Program-made: the position numbers and the translations under genes
Part shown: in pieces, positions 49,921 to 59,798 of the stretch
How positions within the stretch are numbered: position 1 is the stretch's first letter
How the letters are laid out: the number at the start of each line of letters is the position of its first letter
DNA from: Minisyncoccota bacterium
GTDB taxonomy: Bacteria; Patescibacteriota; Minisyncoccia; Phycocordibacterales; UBA9973
DNA: 64,000 nt
Assembly: GCA_041666225.1 (NCBI GenBank)
Contig: JBAYHJ010000003.1
Location: forward strand, 17,116-81,115
Direction: 5' to 3'
Notes under the pieces: generated by a model
Told to the model about the DNA's origin: nothing
Database searches by the model: none
What the model saw: only the letters and a program-made list of their open reading frames with translations

Positions 49921-50277
49921 TTATTTTGTATCATAGTAAAACTTCTCACTTACAATTTTACCATTCTCCCATCTCTGAACTGCAACTTGTGATCGTGCTG
50001 AGCGTCCCCAGTCTTTGTGAGTAATATCCATAAATGATTCAACTGTTGAATAATTATCTCCTGTCGCTATTCCTAATGTCTTTCCACTATGGAATTCTAC
50101 GATTCCTTCAACAAAGGCTTTTTCATATTCTCTATTTGCATCTTTACCGACACGAATCTCACCTTCGTTTTCTTGCATGGTAACATTGTCAGCATAATAC
50201 TTTTCAAATGCTTCTAATATTTTCCCTTCGTTTACCATCTTCACTAAATCTTCTATTTTATCTTTTATATTGTTCAT
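49921..50277 (-). CDS. SnoaL/NTF2-like protein
   Basis: FEKYYADNVTMQEN..QRWENGKIVSEKFYY. Confidence 0.85.
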   Translation of the reverse strand: MNNIKDKIEDLVKMVNEGKILEAFEKYYADNVTMQENEGEIRVGKDANREYEKAFVEGIVEFHSGKTLGIATGDNYSTVESFMDITHKDWGRSARSQVAVQRWENGKIVSEKFYYDTK

Positions 50278-50280
50278 AAT

Positions 50281-50556
50281 TTATTTTTCGTTTAATTTAA
50301 TAATTTTTCCTTCAATTAATGCGACTGTTACTTTTTTATAAGCCAATACCAAAATTCTCTGAAAAGTACTTTGAGAAATACCCATTTCTTTTGCTGCACC
50401 TCTCTGGCATAAATTCTCAATATTCTTCAACCTGAGAGCTTCCGCTTCTTCAGCATCAATATAAATAATTTTTTCAGTTCTACAACAGCCTTCTGGTTTA
50501 AACTCACTATACTTAGGTTGAAAACTAATTTTTTTATCACATTTTGGTCTGACCAT
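50281..50556 (-). CDS. DUF134 family HTH protein
   Basis: MVRP..FKP..EAEALRL..QRGAAKEMGISQSTFQR. Confidence 0.85.
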   Translation of the reverse strand: MVRPKCDKKISFQPKYSEFKPEGCCRTEKIIYIDAEEAEALRLKNIENLCQRGAAKEMGISQSTFQRILVLAYKKVTVALIEGKIIKLNEK

Positions 50557-50568
50557 ATAATTTATTTG

Positions 50569-50635
50569 AATTCGTAATTCGTAATTCGTAATTCGTAATT
50601 CGTAATTCGTAATTCGTAATTCGTAATTCGTAATT
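50569..50635. repeat. Perfect heptamer tandem repeat (AATTCGT)x9
   Basis: Nine exact copies plus AATT. Confidence 0.95.
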
Positions 50636-50709
50636 TTCTTTTTTCCTTGCTTTTAAACTCGACCTAGTATATTATGAATATATACCCATAACTAATAAAA
50701 GTCAAATTT

Positions 50710-51348
50710 ATGAATGAACAAATAATAAAGGCCTTAAATTGGCGCTATGCCACAAAAATATTCGACCCAACTAAGATAATATCTGAGGATAATTTACATA
50801 CAATTTTAGAATCGGCTCGCTTATCCCCTTCATCTAATGGTATTGAGATGTGGAAATTTATTGTTGTGACAAATAAAGAGATTCGTGAAAAATTACGTGC
50901 CGTAAGTTTTGATCAACCCAAAGTGACCGATGCTTCTCATATTATTATCATTACATATAGAACTGATTCAGAAGAAAATTTAGCTAAAGAAAGAATAGAA
51001 CGTACAGCTAAGATTCAAAATGATGGCTCAAGTAAATTGACCAGCTTAAAAACGATGCTTGAAAATACTGTCGCTCAAAAAATAAAAGATGGAACACTAG
51101 AAACTTGGATTCAAGCTCAATCATATATTCCACTTGGAATCATGATTGAAACCGCAGCCCTCTTAGGAATTGACGGCGGACCAATGGAAGGATTCGAACC
51201 AGACAAAGTTGATGAAATATTGGGACTTGCAGAAAAAAAACTAAAATCAATCACTATGTTCGCTATCGGATACAGAGGTGACGACCCTGCTAGTCTCCGT
51301 CTAAAAGTCCGCCGAAATTTTGATGACGTTGTGGAAATAATAAAATAA
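50710..51348 (+). CDS. Nitroreductase (NfsB-like)
   Basis: WRYATKIFD, LSPSS, PMEGF. Confidence 0.92.
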   Translation: MNEQIIKALNWRYATKIFDPTKIISEDNLHTILESARLSPSSNGIEMWKFIVVTNKEIREKLRAVSFDQPKVTDASHIIIITYRTDSEENLAKERIERTAKIQNDGSSKLTSLKTMLENTVAQKIKDGTLETWIQAQSYIPLGIMIETAALLGIDGGPMEGFEPDKVDEILGLAEKKLKSITMFAIGYRGDDPASLRLKVRRNFDDVVEIIK

Positions 51349-51364
51349 AACCTTTTTTATTTAA

Positions 51365-51396
51365 TTACATATTTAAGCGATAGCGTAAATATGTAG
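51365..51396. repeat. Hairpin repeat with AAGCGATAGC loop, copy 2
   Basis: TTACATATTTAAGCGATAGCGTAAATATGTAG. Confidence 0.5.
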
Positions 51397-51413
51397 TGAG
51401 CTGAAAAATATTT

Positions 51414-52886
51414 TTATTTATCTAAATCAAGAATTTCATCAATACGAATTTGTTCGACAAATTCGGGGGTGTGAGAGACGAGAATCATGGCTCCTTGGTA
51501 TTCAGACAGGGCTTTGGCAATTATAGGTAAATGACGGAAATTTATATGGTTTGTAGGTTCATCGAGAATCAGTAACCCTGGGCGAGTAAGGACAAGCTGA
51601 GCAAAGGCTACAAGCCCCTTCTGGCCCTCAGATAAGCTTCCAATCTTTGTATGGACCATATCACCAGTTATAAGGAAACCTGCAACTGTCGAGCGTATAG
51701 CCTCTTCGTTGACCCTTCCAGAGACTTTTCTCGTAGTTTCAGCTAAAGATTCATAGACAGTGTCATTAAAATTAAGAGTTGAGAAATCTTGACGATAATA
51801 TCCAATTCTAACATCAGGATGAATTGTTATTCCTTCAGCATCACGCTTGGCAATTAACTCTAACAGTGTACTCTTCCCTATGCCATTTGGACCAGATAAA
51901 AGTAAGTGTTTATTTTTGCGAAGTTTAATTCCGGCTTTTATTTTTTTGATTTTCTGATTTTTAAATATTGAAACTGAAGAGAAATTTACAATGTCACCAA
52001 TAATATTTTCTTGAACAGGAATAGTAAATGGCCGAATAGTTTTATCTTCTTTACGAACATCAACTTTTTCTTCTTCAAGTTCTTCTGCCAAATCGCGCAT
52101 GCGTTTAGCCACGGCACGAAGATTTCCCCCTTTCATAGCAAAAGCATTAGCTTGCTCTTTCTTTGCTAAAATTTCTTTTGATAAAAGTGCATTCTTACGA
52201 TTCTCTCTCTCCATTCGAGCTGTGATTTGGTCGCGTACATCAGTATAGTTACCAACATATTGTTCAATCTTTAAAGTATACACATCAAGGTAAAGCACGG
52301 CATCGGTAAATTTATTTAAAAATTCTGCATCATGGGAAATAACGATGACTGTCTTTTTATACTTAACTAGAAAATCAGTCAAATGAGCAATTCCGGCTTT
52401 GTCTAAATTATTTGTTGGTTCATCCAAAAGTAAAATATCTGGCTCTTGAATCAAAGCTGAAGCAAGAAGAAGTCGTGCTTGTTGCCCGCCAGAGAATGAT
52501 GAAATAATTCTTTCGTGAACTTTTTCATGCCCTTTTAGATTTACGATCTCAAGCACATCATCAATCCGTGGATCAATATCATAAATTTTTTGTGAAAAAC
52601 ATTTTTCAAAAAATTCTCGCACAGTTAAGGAAAGTTCATCTCGAGGAATAACTTGGCGAGATAGTGCAATTGTTGTTCTCTGCGCTTTATTAATAATTCC
52701 ATCTTCTGGCTCTCTTTCTCCTGTAATTAAGGAAAAGATAGTACTCTTACCAGCACCATTTTGACCCATAATAGTAACCTTCATTCCACGACGAATAGAA
52801 AAATCTACCCCATCTAGTATCGGTTTATTGTGACCATATTCAAAGGAAACCTTTTCAAAACGTATTACTACTTCTCCGTGAGCCAT
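51414..52886 (-). CDS. ABC-F family ATPase
   Basis: Two ABC domains (GQNGAGKST, GPNGIGKST, DEPTN), no TM. Confidence 0.92.
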   Translation of the reverse strand: MAHGEVVIRFEKVSFEYGHNKPILDGVDFSIRRGMKVTIMGQNGAGKSTIFSLITGEREPEDGIINKAQRTTIALSRQVIPRDELSLTVREFFEKCFSQKIYDIDPRIDDVLEIVNLKGHEKVHERIISSFSGGQQARLLLASALIQEPDILLLDEPTNNLDKAGIAHLTDFLVKYKKTVIVISHDAEFLNKFTDAVLYLDVYTLKIEQYVGNYTDVRDQITARMERENRKNALLSKEILAKKEQANAFAMKGGNLRAVAKRMRDLAEELEEEKVDVRKEDKTIRPFTIPVQENIIGDIVNFSSVSIFKNQKIKKIKAGIKLRKNKHLLLSGPNGIGKSTLLELIAKRDAEGITIHPDVRIGYYRQDFSTLNFNDTVYESLAETTRKVSGRVNEEAIRSTVAGFLITGDMVHTKIGSLSEGQKGLVAFAQLVLTRPGLLILDEPTNHINFRHLPIIAKALSEYQGAMILVSHTPEFVEQIRIDEILDLDK

Positions 52887-52988
52887 ATAGGTTATTACTT
52901 TACATCATTTTTGCTTAAATTGAAAGGCTTTTTGTATTTCTAGTTATTTATGCATATGCGTAAATAAATAGAAAATTAGAAACATAAT

Positions 52989-53408
52989 TTAATTAAGAGT
53001 AAATTTATTATTTTTAAGTTCCTTTCTAATCTCTTTAAAATCAGGGATAGTCTTTGCAACTAGGTTCCAAAAGTCACTAGAGTGATTAAATTCTTTTAAA
53101 TGACAAAGTTCGTGAACAATAATATAGTCGGCTGTTTTGGATGGAAGTAAAGCTATTTTGTAATTAAAATTTAAATTTCCCGCTTTAGAACAACTCCCCC
53201 ATCTTGTCTTTTGATTTTTAATAAAAATTCTATTCCATTTATAATTATAAAATTTATTAAAATATTCAATTCTATTTACCACAATTTCTAAAGCTTTTCC
53301 TTTGTTTTTTAAATAGTTTTGAGAATTTTTTTTCTTTCTTTTTGGGACACGAGTTCTAAAACGAATAAAATATTTAATTTTTTTATTTAGCTTTATAAAT
53401 TGTTGCAT
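52989..53408 (-). CDS. YgjP/DUF45 metal-dependent hydrolase
   Basis: QKTRWGSCS, YIIVHELCHL..NHS..FW. Confidence 0.88.
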   Translation of the reverse strand: MQQFIKLNKKIKYFIRFRTRVPKRKKKNSQNYLKNKGKALEIVVNRIEYFNKFYNYKWNRIFIKNQKTRWGSCSKAGNLNFNYKIALLPSKTADYIIVHELCHLKEFNHSSDFWNLVAKTIPDFKEIRKELKNNKFTLN

Positions 53409-53649
53409 TATTTTTTATTAAATTAAGTTTATCTGTTCTGTTAAGTTTTTTTATTTCATTTTCTCGAGCTCTAGCTTCTTTGTAAGTCTCAATTTCTTCG
53501 TGATATCTCAAAGTCACGGGTCGACGGATTTTTGTATAATGAGCACCACTCTTTAGATTATTATGTTTATATAATCTTTTTTCTAAATCATTTGTCGAAC
53601 CAGTATATAGGCTTTTATCTGCACATTCTAAAATATAGACGAAATACAT
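53383..53649 (-). CDS. GIY-YIG nuclease (UPF0213)
   Basis: YFVYIL..LYTGSTNDLEKRL..HN..GAHYT; start at ATG 53649. Confidence 0.88.
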   Translation of the reverse strand: MYFVYILECADKSLYTGSTNDLEKRLYKHNNLKSGAHYTKIRRPVTLRYHEEIETYKEARARENEIKKLNRTDKLNLIKNNATIYKAK

Positions 53650-53683
53650 AATGAAAGTATAGCATTTCTTAACATACACAGAA

Positions 53684-53713
53684 AACAAAAGCCCTCAGTT
53701 GAGGGCTTTTGTT
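53684..53713 (-). terminator. Intrinsic terminator
   Basis: AACAAAAGCCCTCA-GT-TGAGGGCTTTTGTT. Confidence 0.75.
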
Positions 53714-53723
53714 AAAAATTAAA

Positions 53724-54275
53724 TTATTTCTTCTTTTTTGCTACTACTTTTTTTACAGGAGCTTTCACTGTTACAGCTTTTTTTGCAACAGCTTTTACAA
53801 CTGGAGCTTTTTTGATTTCAACTTTCTTTACTTCGGCAACCTTAACTACAGGTTTTGATTCTGTTTTAGGTGTAATTAATTTTTCTATTGCACTTGTAAG
53901 ACGATCAAGTTTTGTACTTATTTCACTTAATTGTTTTGAAACACCGTCATTTGATGGCATTGTTGCAGGTTTAGTAAATGATGGAGCTTGCCTATCACTA
54001 AAATCTCTTTTATGTCCATTATCTCTAAATTCACGTCGTGGGGCACGATCGCCGTCATCACGCTTATTACTAAAACAATCTGAACAGTAAACAGGTTTAT
54101 CACCTGATGGACGGAAAGGAACTTCACAACTCTTGTGACATTCATCACAAGTTGCTTTGTGCATTGAAACTTCTCTTCTGTCTCCTCCACGATTGCCACC
54201 AAAACTTGGTCTGCCACCACCATTACCACCCCTAAAACCACCTCCTCTATTACCTCCTCCTTGAAAATTTCCCAT
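53724..54275 (-). CDS. CxxC-x17-CxxC zinc-ribbon protein with RGG N-terminus and Lys/Ala/Val tail
   Basis: CDECHKSCEVPFRPSGDKPVYCSDCF. Confidence 0.85.
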   Translation of the reverse strand: MGNFQGGGNRGGGFRGGNGGGRPSFGGNRGGDRREVSMHKATCDECHKSCEVPFRPSGDKPVYCSDCFSNKRDDGDRAPRREFRDNGHKRDFSDRQAPSFTKPATMPSNDGVSKQLSEISTKLDRLTSAIEKLITPKTESKPVVKVAEVKKVEIKKAPVVKAVAKKAVTVKAPVKKVVAKKKK

Positions 54276-54363
54276 AAATTATATTATTGTTACCTCTCTA
54301 ATCCTAGACAAGTTGTTATTATTATATTTGAATACTAGCCTTTTTATCCTTAAAAAGCAAGAA

Positions 54364-54405
54364 AAAATAAAATCTCCTCAGATTTCTCTGGGGAGATTTT
54401 ATTTT
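54364..54405 (-). terminator. Intrinsic terminator
   Basis: AAAATAAAATCTCCTCAGA-TTTC-TCTGGGGAGATTTTATTTT. Confidence 0.7.
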
Positions 54406-54411
54406 AAGAGC

Positions 54412-54531
54412 TTACGCAGCAACTTCTTCAGATACTTCTTCTTCTGTTGGAGTTTCAACAGGAGCTTCAACTACTGTTTCTTCAACTGGAGTTTCTACAG
54501 TTTCTTCAACTGTTTTTATTTCTTCATCCAT
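54412..54531 (-). CDS. 39-aa acidic small protein (not in ORF track)
   Basis: MDEEIKTVEETVETPVEETVVEAPVETPTEEEVSEEVAA*, followed by a terminator. Confidence 0.65.
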   Translation of the reverse strand: MDEEIKTVEETVETPVEETVVEAPVETPTEEEVSEEVAA

Positions 54532-54626
54532 ATTTTTAAAAAATTAGATTATACTAAAACGACCCTCGGAGTATACTACACATATTCTATTTATACTAAC
54601 TTTTAAAAATAAAGATTGCTAATCAA

Positions 54627-55631
54627 TTAATCATCTTCATCTTCGTGTTCAAATCTTGATTTTACTTCTTTGAAGATATCATCTTCTTTCATGGAACTTT
54701 CAGAGTTAAGTAGCTCAATATATGCTCCAGCTGAATCACCTTCTAATTCCTTTTTTTCTGCTTCATCTAAAAAGTTTTTTGCTTCATTAAATATTTGATC
54801 CACGTCATCATTATTTATATCTTCTATCTCAGAAATACTAATTGAAGTTGTCGTATTTTTATTGGCTTTTGAATTAATCTTGGCCTTAACAATATCTTTC
54901 TTTTTATTATATTTATCAGAAATATCATCTTCTTCATCATCATCTTCTTCTTCATTTTTTATACTGATTTTTACTTTATCTGCATTTGATCTAGCTGTTT
55001 TAGAAATCTGATTGTCTATGGTATCAAAATCTAATTCATTGTCTTCGGCCATTATAATATTTAAAACACGAGCATGAGCATTCATTTCTGCTTTAAAATT
55101 AATAGCAATTTCATCGGCCTCAGTTGATAAATTTTCTTTAGTCACTTTTTCAAGTTCTTTATTTAAAGAAATACTGTGTTTTTCTAAAAGATTATTTAAT
55201 TTTTTTTCTTTTGAATCATCTAATTTTCCAGAAGAGGCCAACATTTCAGCTTCAACTAAACGCTCTGTAGCTAGGTTGCTTTGATATTTGGCTTTAGATT
55301 TTGACGAAAAAGTGAAAGCTCCACGAATAGGTTCTACGACACTAACTTTGATGGGATAGAGGACGTCTTCCGGTAAGCTTTTTTCTGAAGCGAGAACGAC
55401 TCCACTACTTGTAAGAATAATAACTAAAGGAACAACGACATAATAAACCAACTGACTTTTGTGTATTTTCAACATAAAAGAATAACCAAACCAAGGGCTT
55501 TGAACTCTTTGTTGTGGGATATTAGAATTTAAAATACGATCAAAAATCTGCTTTTTTTCATCAGTAGTCATCATTATCTTTTTAATTTCTTTTATTCCAT
55601 TGTTTAAATTTTTATGTTCCATATTATTCAT
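54627..55631 (-). CDS. DUF5667-like membrane protein, putative anti-sigma
   Basis: TM then SLPEDVLYPIK..ERLVEA; overlaps ECF sigma stop. Confidence 0.7.
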   Translation of the reverse strand: MNNMEHKNLNNGIKEIKKIMMTTDEKKQIFDRILNSNIPQQRVQSPWFGYSFMLKIHKSQLVYYVVVPLVIILTSSGVVLASEKSLPEDVLYPIKVSVVEPIRGAFTFSSKSKAKYQSNLATERLVEAEMLASSGKLDDSKEKKLNNLLEKHSISLNKELEKVTKENLSTEADEIAINFKAEMNAHARVLNIIMAEDNELDFDTIDNQISKTARSNADKVKISIKNEEEDDDEEDDISDKYNKKKDIVKAKINSKANKNTTTSISISEIEDINNDDVDQIFNEAKNFLDEAEKKELEGDSAGAYIELLNSESSMKEDDIFKEVKSRFEHEDEDD

Positions 55632-56169
55632 TTTGATTTATATCATCATTATATCCTGCTTTTTTCTTTAACTCCAATAACCCTCTATTTATCCTAACTG
55701 ATGCAGCATTGGCTGATATTCCTAAGATCTCACCTATTTCTACCGGGGATAAATCTTCTACATAACGAAGATAAACTGGTTGTCTGTAACTTGGAGTTAA
55801 TTCACTAATTTTCTCTAAAAGATATCTCCCCTCTGCTTTAGTTTCAAGTAAAGAGGTGGACATTTCATCTGAAGGATCATACCCCATCTCTCCTTCGTTA
55901 AAAATAGCATCATTCATCTTAAAAAAAGGGATACTCTTCTTTTTTCGATACCAATCAATAATCAGATTACGAGTTATTGTAAAGAGAAAAGCTCTCGTAT
56001 TAAGAATTTCTTTTCCACTTAATAGATTTTGCCATAATCGCAAAAATGTCTCTTCGGTAATATCCATAGCCTGCTCACGATCGGATACTCGAATAAGGCA
56101 AAACCGAAAGATTGCATCTGCTTCATTTTCATATATCTTTTCAAATGTATTTTTAATATCTGCCTTCAT
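55624..56169 (-). CDS. ECF RNA polymerase sigma factor
   Basis: DITEETFLRLW, FLFTITRNLIIDWYRK, EIGEILG..SVRINRG. Confidence 0.93.
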   Translation of the reverse strand: MKADIKNTFEKIYENEADAIFRFCLIRVSDREQAMDITEETFLRLWQNLLSGKEILNTRAFLFTITRNLIIDWYRKKKSIPFFKMNDAIFNEGEMGYDPSDEMSTSLLETKAEGRYLLEKISELTPSYRQPVYLRYVEDLSPVEIGEILGISANAASVRINRGLLELKKKAGYNDDINQNE

Positions 56170-56176
56170 ATAGTAC

Positions 56177-56201
56177 GACGTATAAACTACCTATTTCTTA
56201 C
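56177..56201 (-). promoter_or_regulatory. Putative ECF autoregulatory promoter GTAAG-N16-CGTC (leaderless)
   Basis: Minus strand GTAAGAAATAGGTAGTTTATACGTC then 7 nt to the ATG. Confidence 0.6.
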
Positions 56202-56246
56202 ATCTCTTATTTATTTACAATACAATAATAAATCAACAATGTCCAC

Positions 56247-56272
56247 GTAAGAAAAGGATAACTTGGTACGTC
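56247..56272 (+). promoter_or_regulatory. Putative ECF promoter GTAAG-N17-CGTC
   Basis: GTAAGAAAAGGATAACTTGGTACGTC. Confidence 0.6.
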
Positions 56273-56351
56273 TACTCTAATGTTTGGTCGTGTGTTTAAT
56301 ATTTCCTAATAATAAACACATATTATTAACATAATAAAAAAAATTATTAAA

Positions 56352-57812
56352 ATGAAAAAATATAAATCATTAGTCGTTAGTTCACTTATTGCCGCTGTCA
56401 TAATATCTATTCCCTTTGCAAGTTTTGCAGAAAGTAAAGATAATGACAAAAGCAATGAAAACAAAGTCCGTGTCGAAAGCAAGGTACATTTAGAAGACAA
56501 TAATAATTTCAAATTTAATAAAGAAAATTCTAATTCAATTTGGAATAGGTTTAGACAATTCTTTAATCAAGATATCGATGCTAATATTATTGCTAATATT
56601 GCACCTATAATAAATGGAATAACCGCTCCAACAGTTCTAAAATCTGGCGAAATGGGAACTTGGGTAGTCAAAGCATCAGATGAAAAAAATGGAACTTTAA
56701 GTTATGCAGTTAATTGGGGAGATGAGAGTAATATATTCTCAAAATCCATGGCCAAATTATCACAACCAATATTTGTTCAAGATTCAACATTCACACACAC
56801 TTACACAAAAACTGGTAAATATACTATTGTTTTTACAGTAAATAATAGTGAAGGATTAGAAACAACTTCAACTGTAACTGTTTATGTAACAGGAGAACAA
56901 ACATTAAATGCTCCAGTTATGAGTAACCTTGAAGTAAAATCAATCAAACAACATAAAGCTACAATAAATTGGACTACAGATGTTAAAGCTAATAGTGTAG
57001 TTTATTTTAGTAAAATATCTCCTGTAGATACATCTGTAAATTCAAATGTGTCACGTAAGGCTCTAGTTCTAAATCATAAGATTGAGTTAAAAAAGCTAGA
57101 AGCGAATACTAAGTATTATGTAGTTGTTAAATCAACAAATAAAGCAGGTACAACTACATCTAGTGAAACATCCTTTACAACACCACCAATAACAACTGAC
57201 ACATCTGCCCCTGTTATCACAGGATTAACAGGATCTAACTCAATTAAGGTTGGAGAAACTGAAACAGTAACTGTAAATGCTTATGATCCTAAAAATGGAA
57301 CTTTAAGTTATTCTGCAGATTGGGGTGACACAAATCTAATCACAAAAAATGCAATTTCAGTATCAGAAAAACCAATATTTGTTCAGAGTGCAACATTTAG
57401 TCACGTATATAGTTCACCAGGAACATACACAGCAACCTTTACTGTAGAAAATAGTGATGGTAAAAAAGATTCTTCATCAATGAAAATCTTAGTTACACTT
57501 TTATCTGTCGATATTACTAATCCATTGATAAGTGAAGTAAGAACATTAACAGGATCTACAACAAGTACAATCTCATGGACTACAAATGAACCCTCAACAT
57601 CAGAAGTTTTCTATTCTACAAATACACCTGTTGATGTAAATTCAAGTTTAACCCCATCGATTATTAGTAAATTATTAGTTACCAAGCATTCACTTAATAT
57701 GTCTGGATTATCACCAAGCACAATCTATCACTTTGTAATAAAGTCTGCTGATGAATCATCCAACACAACAATATCTAGTGAGTCTTCGTTTATAACTAAT
57801 TTCGGACTGTAA
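56352..57812 (+). CDS. Secreted PKD-like/Fn3 repeat surface protein
   Basis: Signal peptide; two LSY..WGD..FTH/FSH PKD-like and two ATI.WTT..Y..V.S Fn3-like units. Confidence 0.75.
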   Translation: MKKYKSLVVSSLIAAVIISIPFASFAESKDNDKSNENKVRVESKVHLEDNNNFKFNKENSNSIWNRFRQFFNQDIDANIIANIAPIINGITAPTVLKSGEMGTWVVKASDEKNGTLSYAVNWGDESNIFSKSMAKLSQPIFVQDSTFTHTYTKTGKYTIVFTVNNSEGLETTSTVTVYVTGEQTLNAPVMSNLEVKSIKQHKATINWTTDVKANSVVYFSKISPVDTSVNSNVSRKALVLNHKIELKKLEANTKYYVVVKSTNKAGTTTSSETSFTTPPITTDTSAPVITGLTGSNSIKVGETETVTVNAYDPKNGTLSYSADWGDTNLITKNAISVSEKPIFVQSATFSHVYSSPGTYTATFTVENSDGKKDSSSMKILVTLLSVDITNPLISEVRTLTGSTTSTISWTTNEPSTSEVFYSTNTPVDVNSSLTPSIISKLLVTKHSLNMSGLSPSTIYHFVIKSADESSNTTISSESSFITNFGL

Positions 57813-57847
57813 AAATTATCAACAAAAACTAAACTAAATAACAGGCC

Positions 57848-57893
57848 AAATAAAACCACCTCGAGCTCATACAAGCTCTAGGTGGTTTTATTT
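57848..57893 (+). terminator. Intrinsic terminator
   Basis: AAATAAAACCACCT..AGCT/AGCT..AGGTGGTTTTATTT. Confidence 0.7.
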
Positions 57894-57925
57894 TATAATA
57901 TTTATGTTATTATTTTAATAGCATT

Positions 57926-59038
57926 ATGAAAATCGCTTACTTTTTAGGCACATTGAAAAATGAAGATGGTGTAACTAGAGTACTTTCAGAATTGATTAAA
58001 GAAGGACAGAAAAATGAAATTGAATCCATAATAATTACTGGTTGGGCTGAAAATGAATCTTCTTTTCCAATCCCAATAATACAAATACCATCGTTTATTT
58101 TTCCTCTTTATAAAGAATATCGTATTCCATTACCTGGAATGCATGGTTTTGAAAAACAATTAGATAAATTTCATCCAGACATTATCCATATTCATAGCCC
58201 AGACACAAGTGCTTGGGCAGCATTAAAATATGAAAAAAAGAATAAAATTCCAATAGTCGCTACTTTTCATACTGATTTTTGTAGTTATCTTCCATATTAT
58301 CATTTGTCTTTTTTACGTCCATTAGTTTGGTTCATACTTAAAAAAATATATACACAGATGAGTTTCGTTACTACACCATCAGAAGTTGTGAGTAATATGC
58401 TTATTCAGCATAAGATAAAAAATGTCTATACTGTTCCTTGGGGAGTAGAATTAGAAAAATTTAATACTTCTTTTTATTCTTTAGAATGGCGAAATAAAAT
58501 TCTTAAAAGAGAAAAACAAAATATTATTCTATATGTGGGTAGATTAACTTGGGAAAAAGACTTAAGGACACTAGTCAATGTATTTAAATTACTCAAGAAC
58601 AATAAAGACAACTTCAAAATGGTTATCGTTGGTGATGGTCCAGCTCGTCGCAAATTAGAAACTCTTATGCCAGAAGCATTGTTTGTAGGACATCTTGAGG
58701 GGCTAGAACTCTCAAAAGTTTATGCATCTTGTGACATTTTTCTCTTTCCTTCATATACTGAAACATTTGGAAATGTAACAATAGAAGCAATGGCTTCAGG
58801 GCTTGTAATTGTTGCTGCTAATGCAGGAGGGTCAAAATCTATAATTTTAGATAATGAAAATGGATTTCTTGCTGAACCTAAGAATACTGATGATTTTTAT
58901 AATAAAATTTGTTTACTTTTAGAAAATAAACAATTGCAAGAGAAAATTAAAAACAATAATCTAGACTTTGTAAAAACCCACACATGGGAAAAAGTTTTTG
59001 ATAATCTTTTGCAAAAATATTTAAAAATACTTTCTTAA
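57926..59038 (+). CDS. GT4 glycosyltransferase
   Basis: YVGRLTWEK, VGDGP, PSYTETFGNVTIEAMASG. Confidence 0.92.
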   Translation: MKIAYFLGTLKNEDGVTRVLSELIKEGQKNEIESIIITGWAENESSFPIPIIQIPSFIFPLYKEYRIPLPGMHGFEKQLDKFHPDIIHIHSPDTSAWAALKYEKKNKIPIVATFHTDFCSYLPYYHLSFLRPLVWFILKKIYTQMSFVTTPSEVVSNMLIQHKIKNVYTVPWGVELEKFNTSFYSLEWRNKILKREKQNIILYVGRLTWEKDLRTLVNVFKLLKNNKDNFKMVIVGDGPARRKLETLMPEALFVGHLEGLELSKVYASCDIFLFPSYTETFGNVTIEAMASGLVIVAANAGGSKSIILDNENGFLAEPKNTDDFYNKICLLLENKQLQEKIKNNNLDFVKTHTWEKVFDNLLQKYLKILS

Positions 59039-59048
59039 AAAGAAGGTA

Positions 59049-59654
59049 TTAATCGATAGGATTATTTTTTACAAAATTAAAAGCTATTTTTTGATAGGTA
59101 AAATAAACAACAAAAATTAATAAAATTATTCCTCCTAAAATATATGAGCCATTTTGAATGGTAGTCGTTAAATACATATATGTTTTTATAGAGTAGAAAC
59201 CTAAGAGTGAGAAAAAAATTGCCTTTGGAACAGTGATTAAAAGAGACATTCCTATAAATTTTCGTAATGGAACATGAGCCACTCCCATTGCAATAAGTCC
59301 TGGAATGGGAAGAATTGGGGAGAGTTTTACTACTATCATGGTTTTTCTAAAATGCCTATGCACCATCTTTTCAATTTTTTCAATTCTTTCTTTTGTAACA
59401 CCAATATAATGCCCATAACGTTCTATTATTAAAATCCTACTTCTATACCCTATCAAATAATAAACAATGTCAGCAGTTAAATCTCCAATAATTGCAATTA
59501 ATATAATTATGAAGATATTATAATAGCCCAATCCGGCAGCCACTCCTGCTGCAACAGTAACAAGTGTTCCTTCAATTACCGCTGTAACAAAGAAAAGAAA
59601 GTAGCCATGAGCAATAATCCACGGAACAAGAGAAGCTAAATTTAAATCTGGCAT
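59049..59654 (-). CDS. DedA family membrane protein
   Basis: HGY..IEG..GDLTADIVYYLIG. Confidence 0.8.
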   Translation of the reverse strand: MPDLNLASLVPWIIAHGYFLFFVTAVIEGTLVTVAAGVAAGLGYYNIFIIILIAIIGDLTADIVYYLIGYRSRILIIERYGHYIGVTKERIEKIEKMVHRHFRKTMIVVKLSPILPIPGLIAMGVAHVPLRKFIGMSLLITVPKAIFFSLLGFYSIKTYMYLTTTIQNGSYILGGIILLIFVVYFTYQKIAFNFVKNNPID

Positions 59655-59772
59655 ATTTTATTTTAACACATTCTAATAAAAGTTATACGGGAAAAATTAA
59701 ATAATAAAGCTTTTTATAAAATGTAACAAAAATTTCTTAAACAAAAGACAATATAAATAAAGAAATGTCTAC

Positions 59773-59798
59773 GTAAGAAAGTGTATACATGATACGTC
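59773..59798 (+). promoter_or_regulatory. Putative ECF promoter GTAAG-N17-CGTC
   Basis: GTAAGAAAGTGTATACATGATACGTC. Confidence 0.6.

Noticed and set aside
50569-50635. Possible CRISPR array
   Set aside because: 7-bp unit with no spacers; a simple tandem repeat.
53383-53649. GIY-YIG as homing endonuclease or mobile element
   Set aside because: Short standalone UPF0213-type protein with no intron or flanking repeats.
54313-54606. 97-aa Phe-rich plus-strand ORF
   Set aside because: Shadow of the acidic minus-strand microprotein and its terminator.
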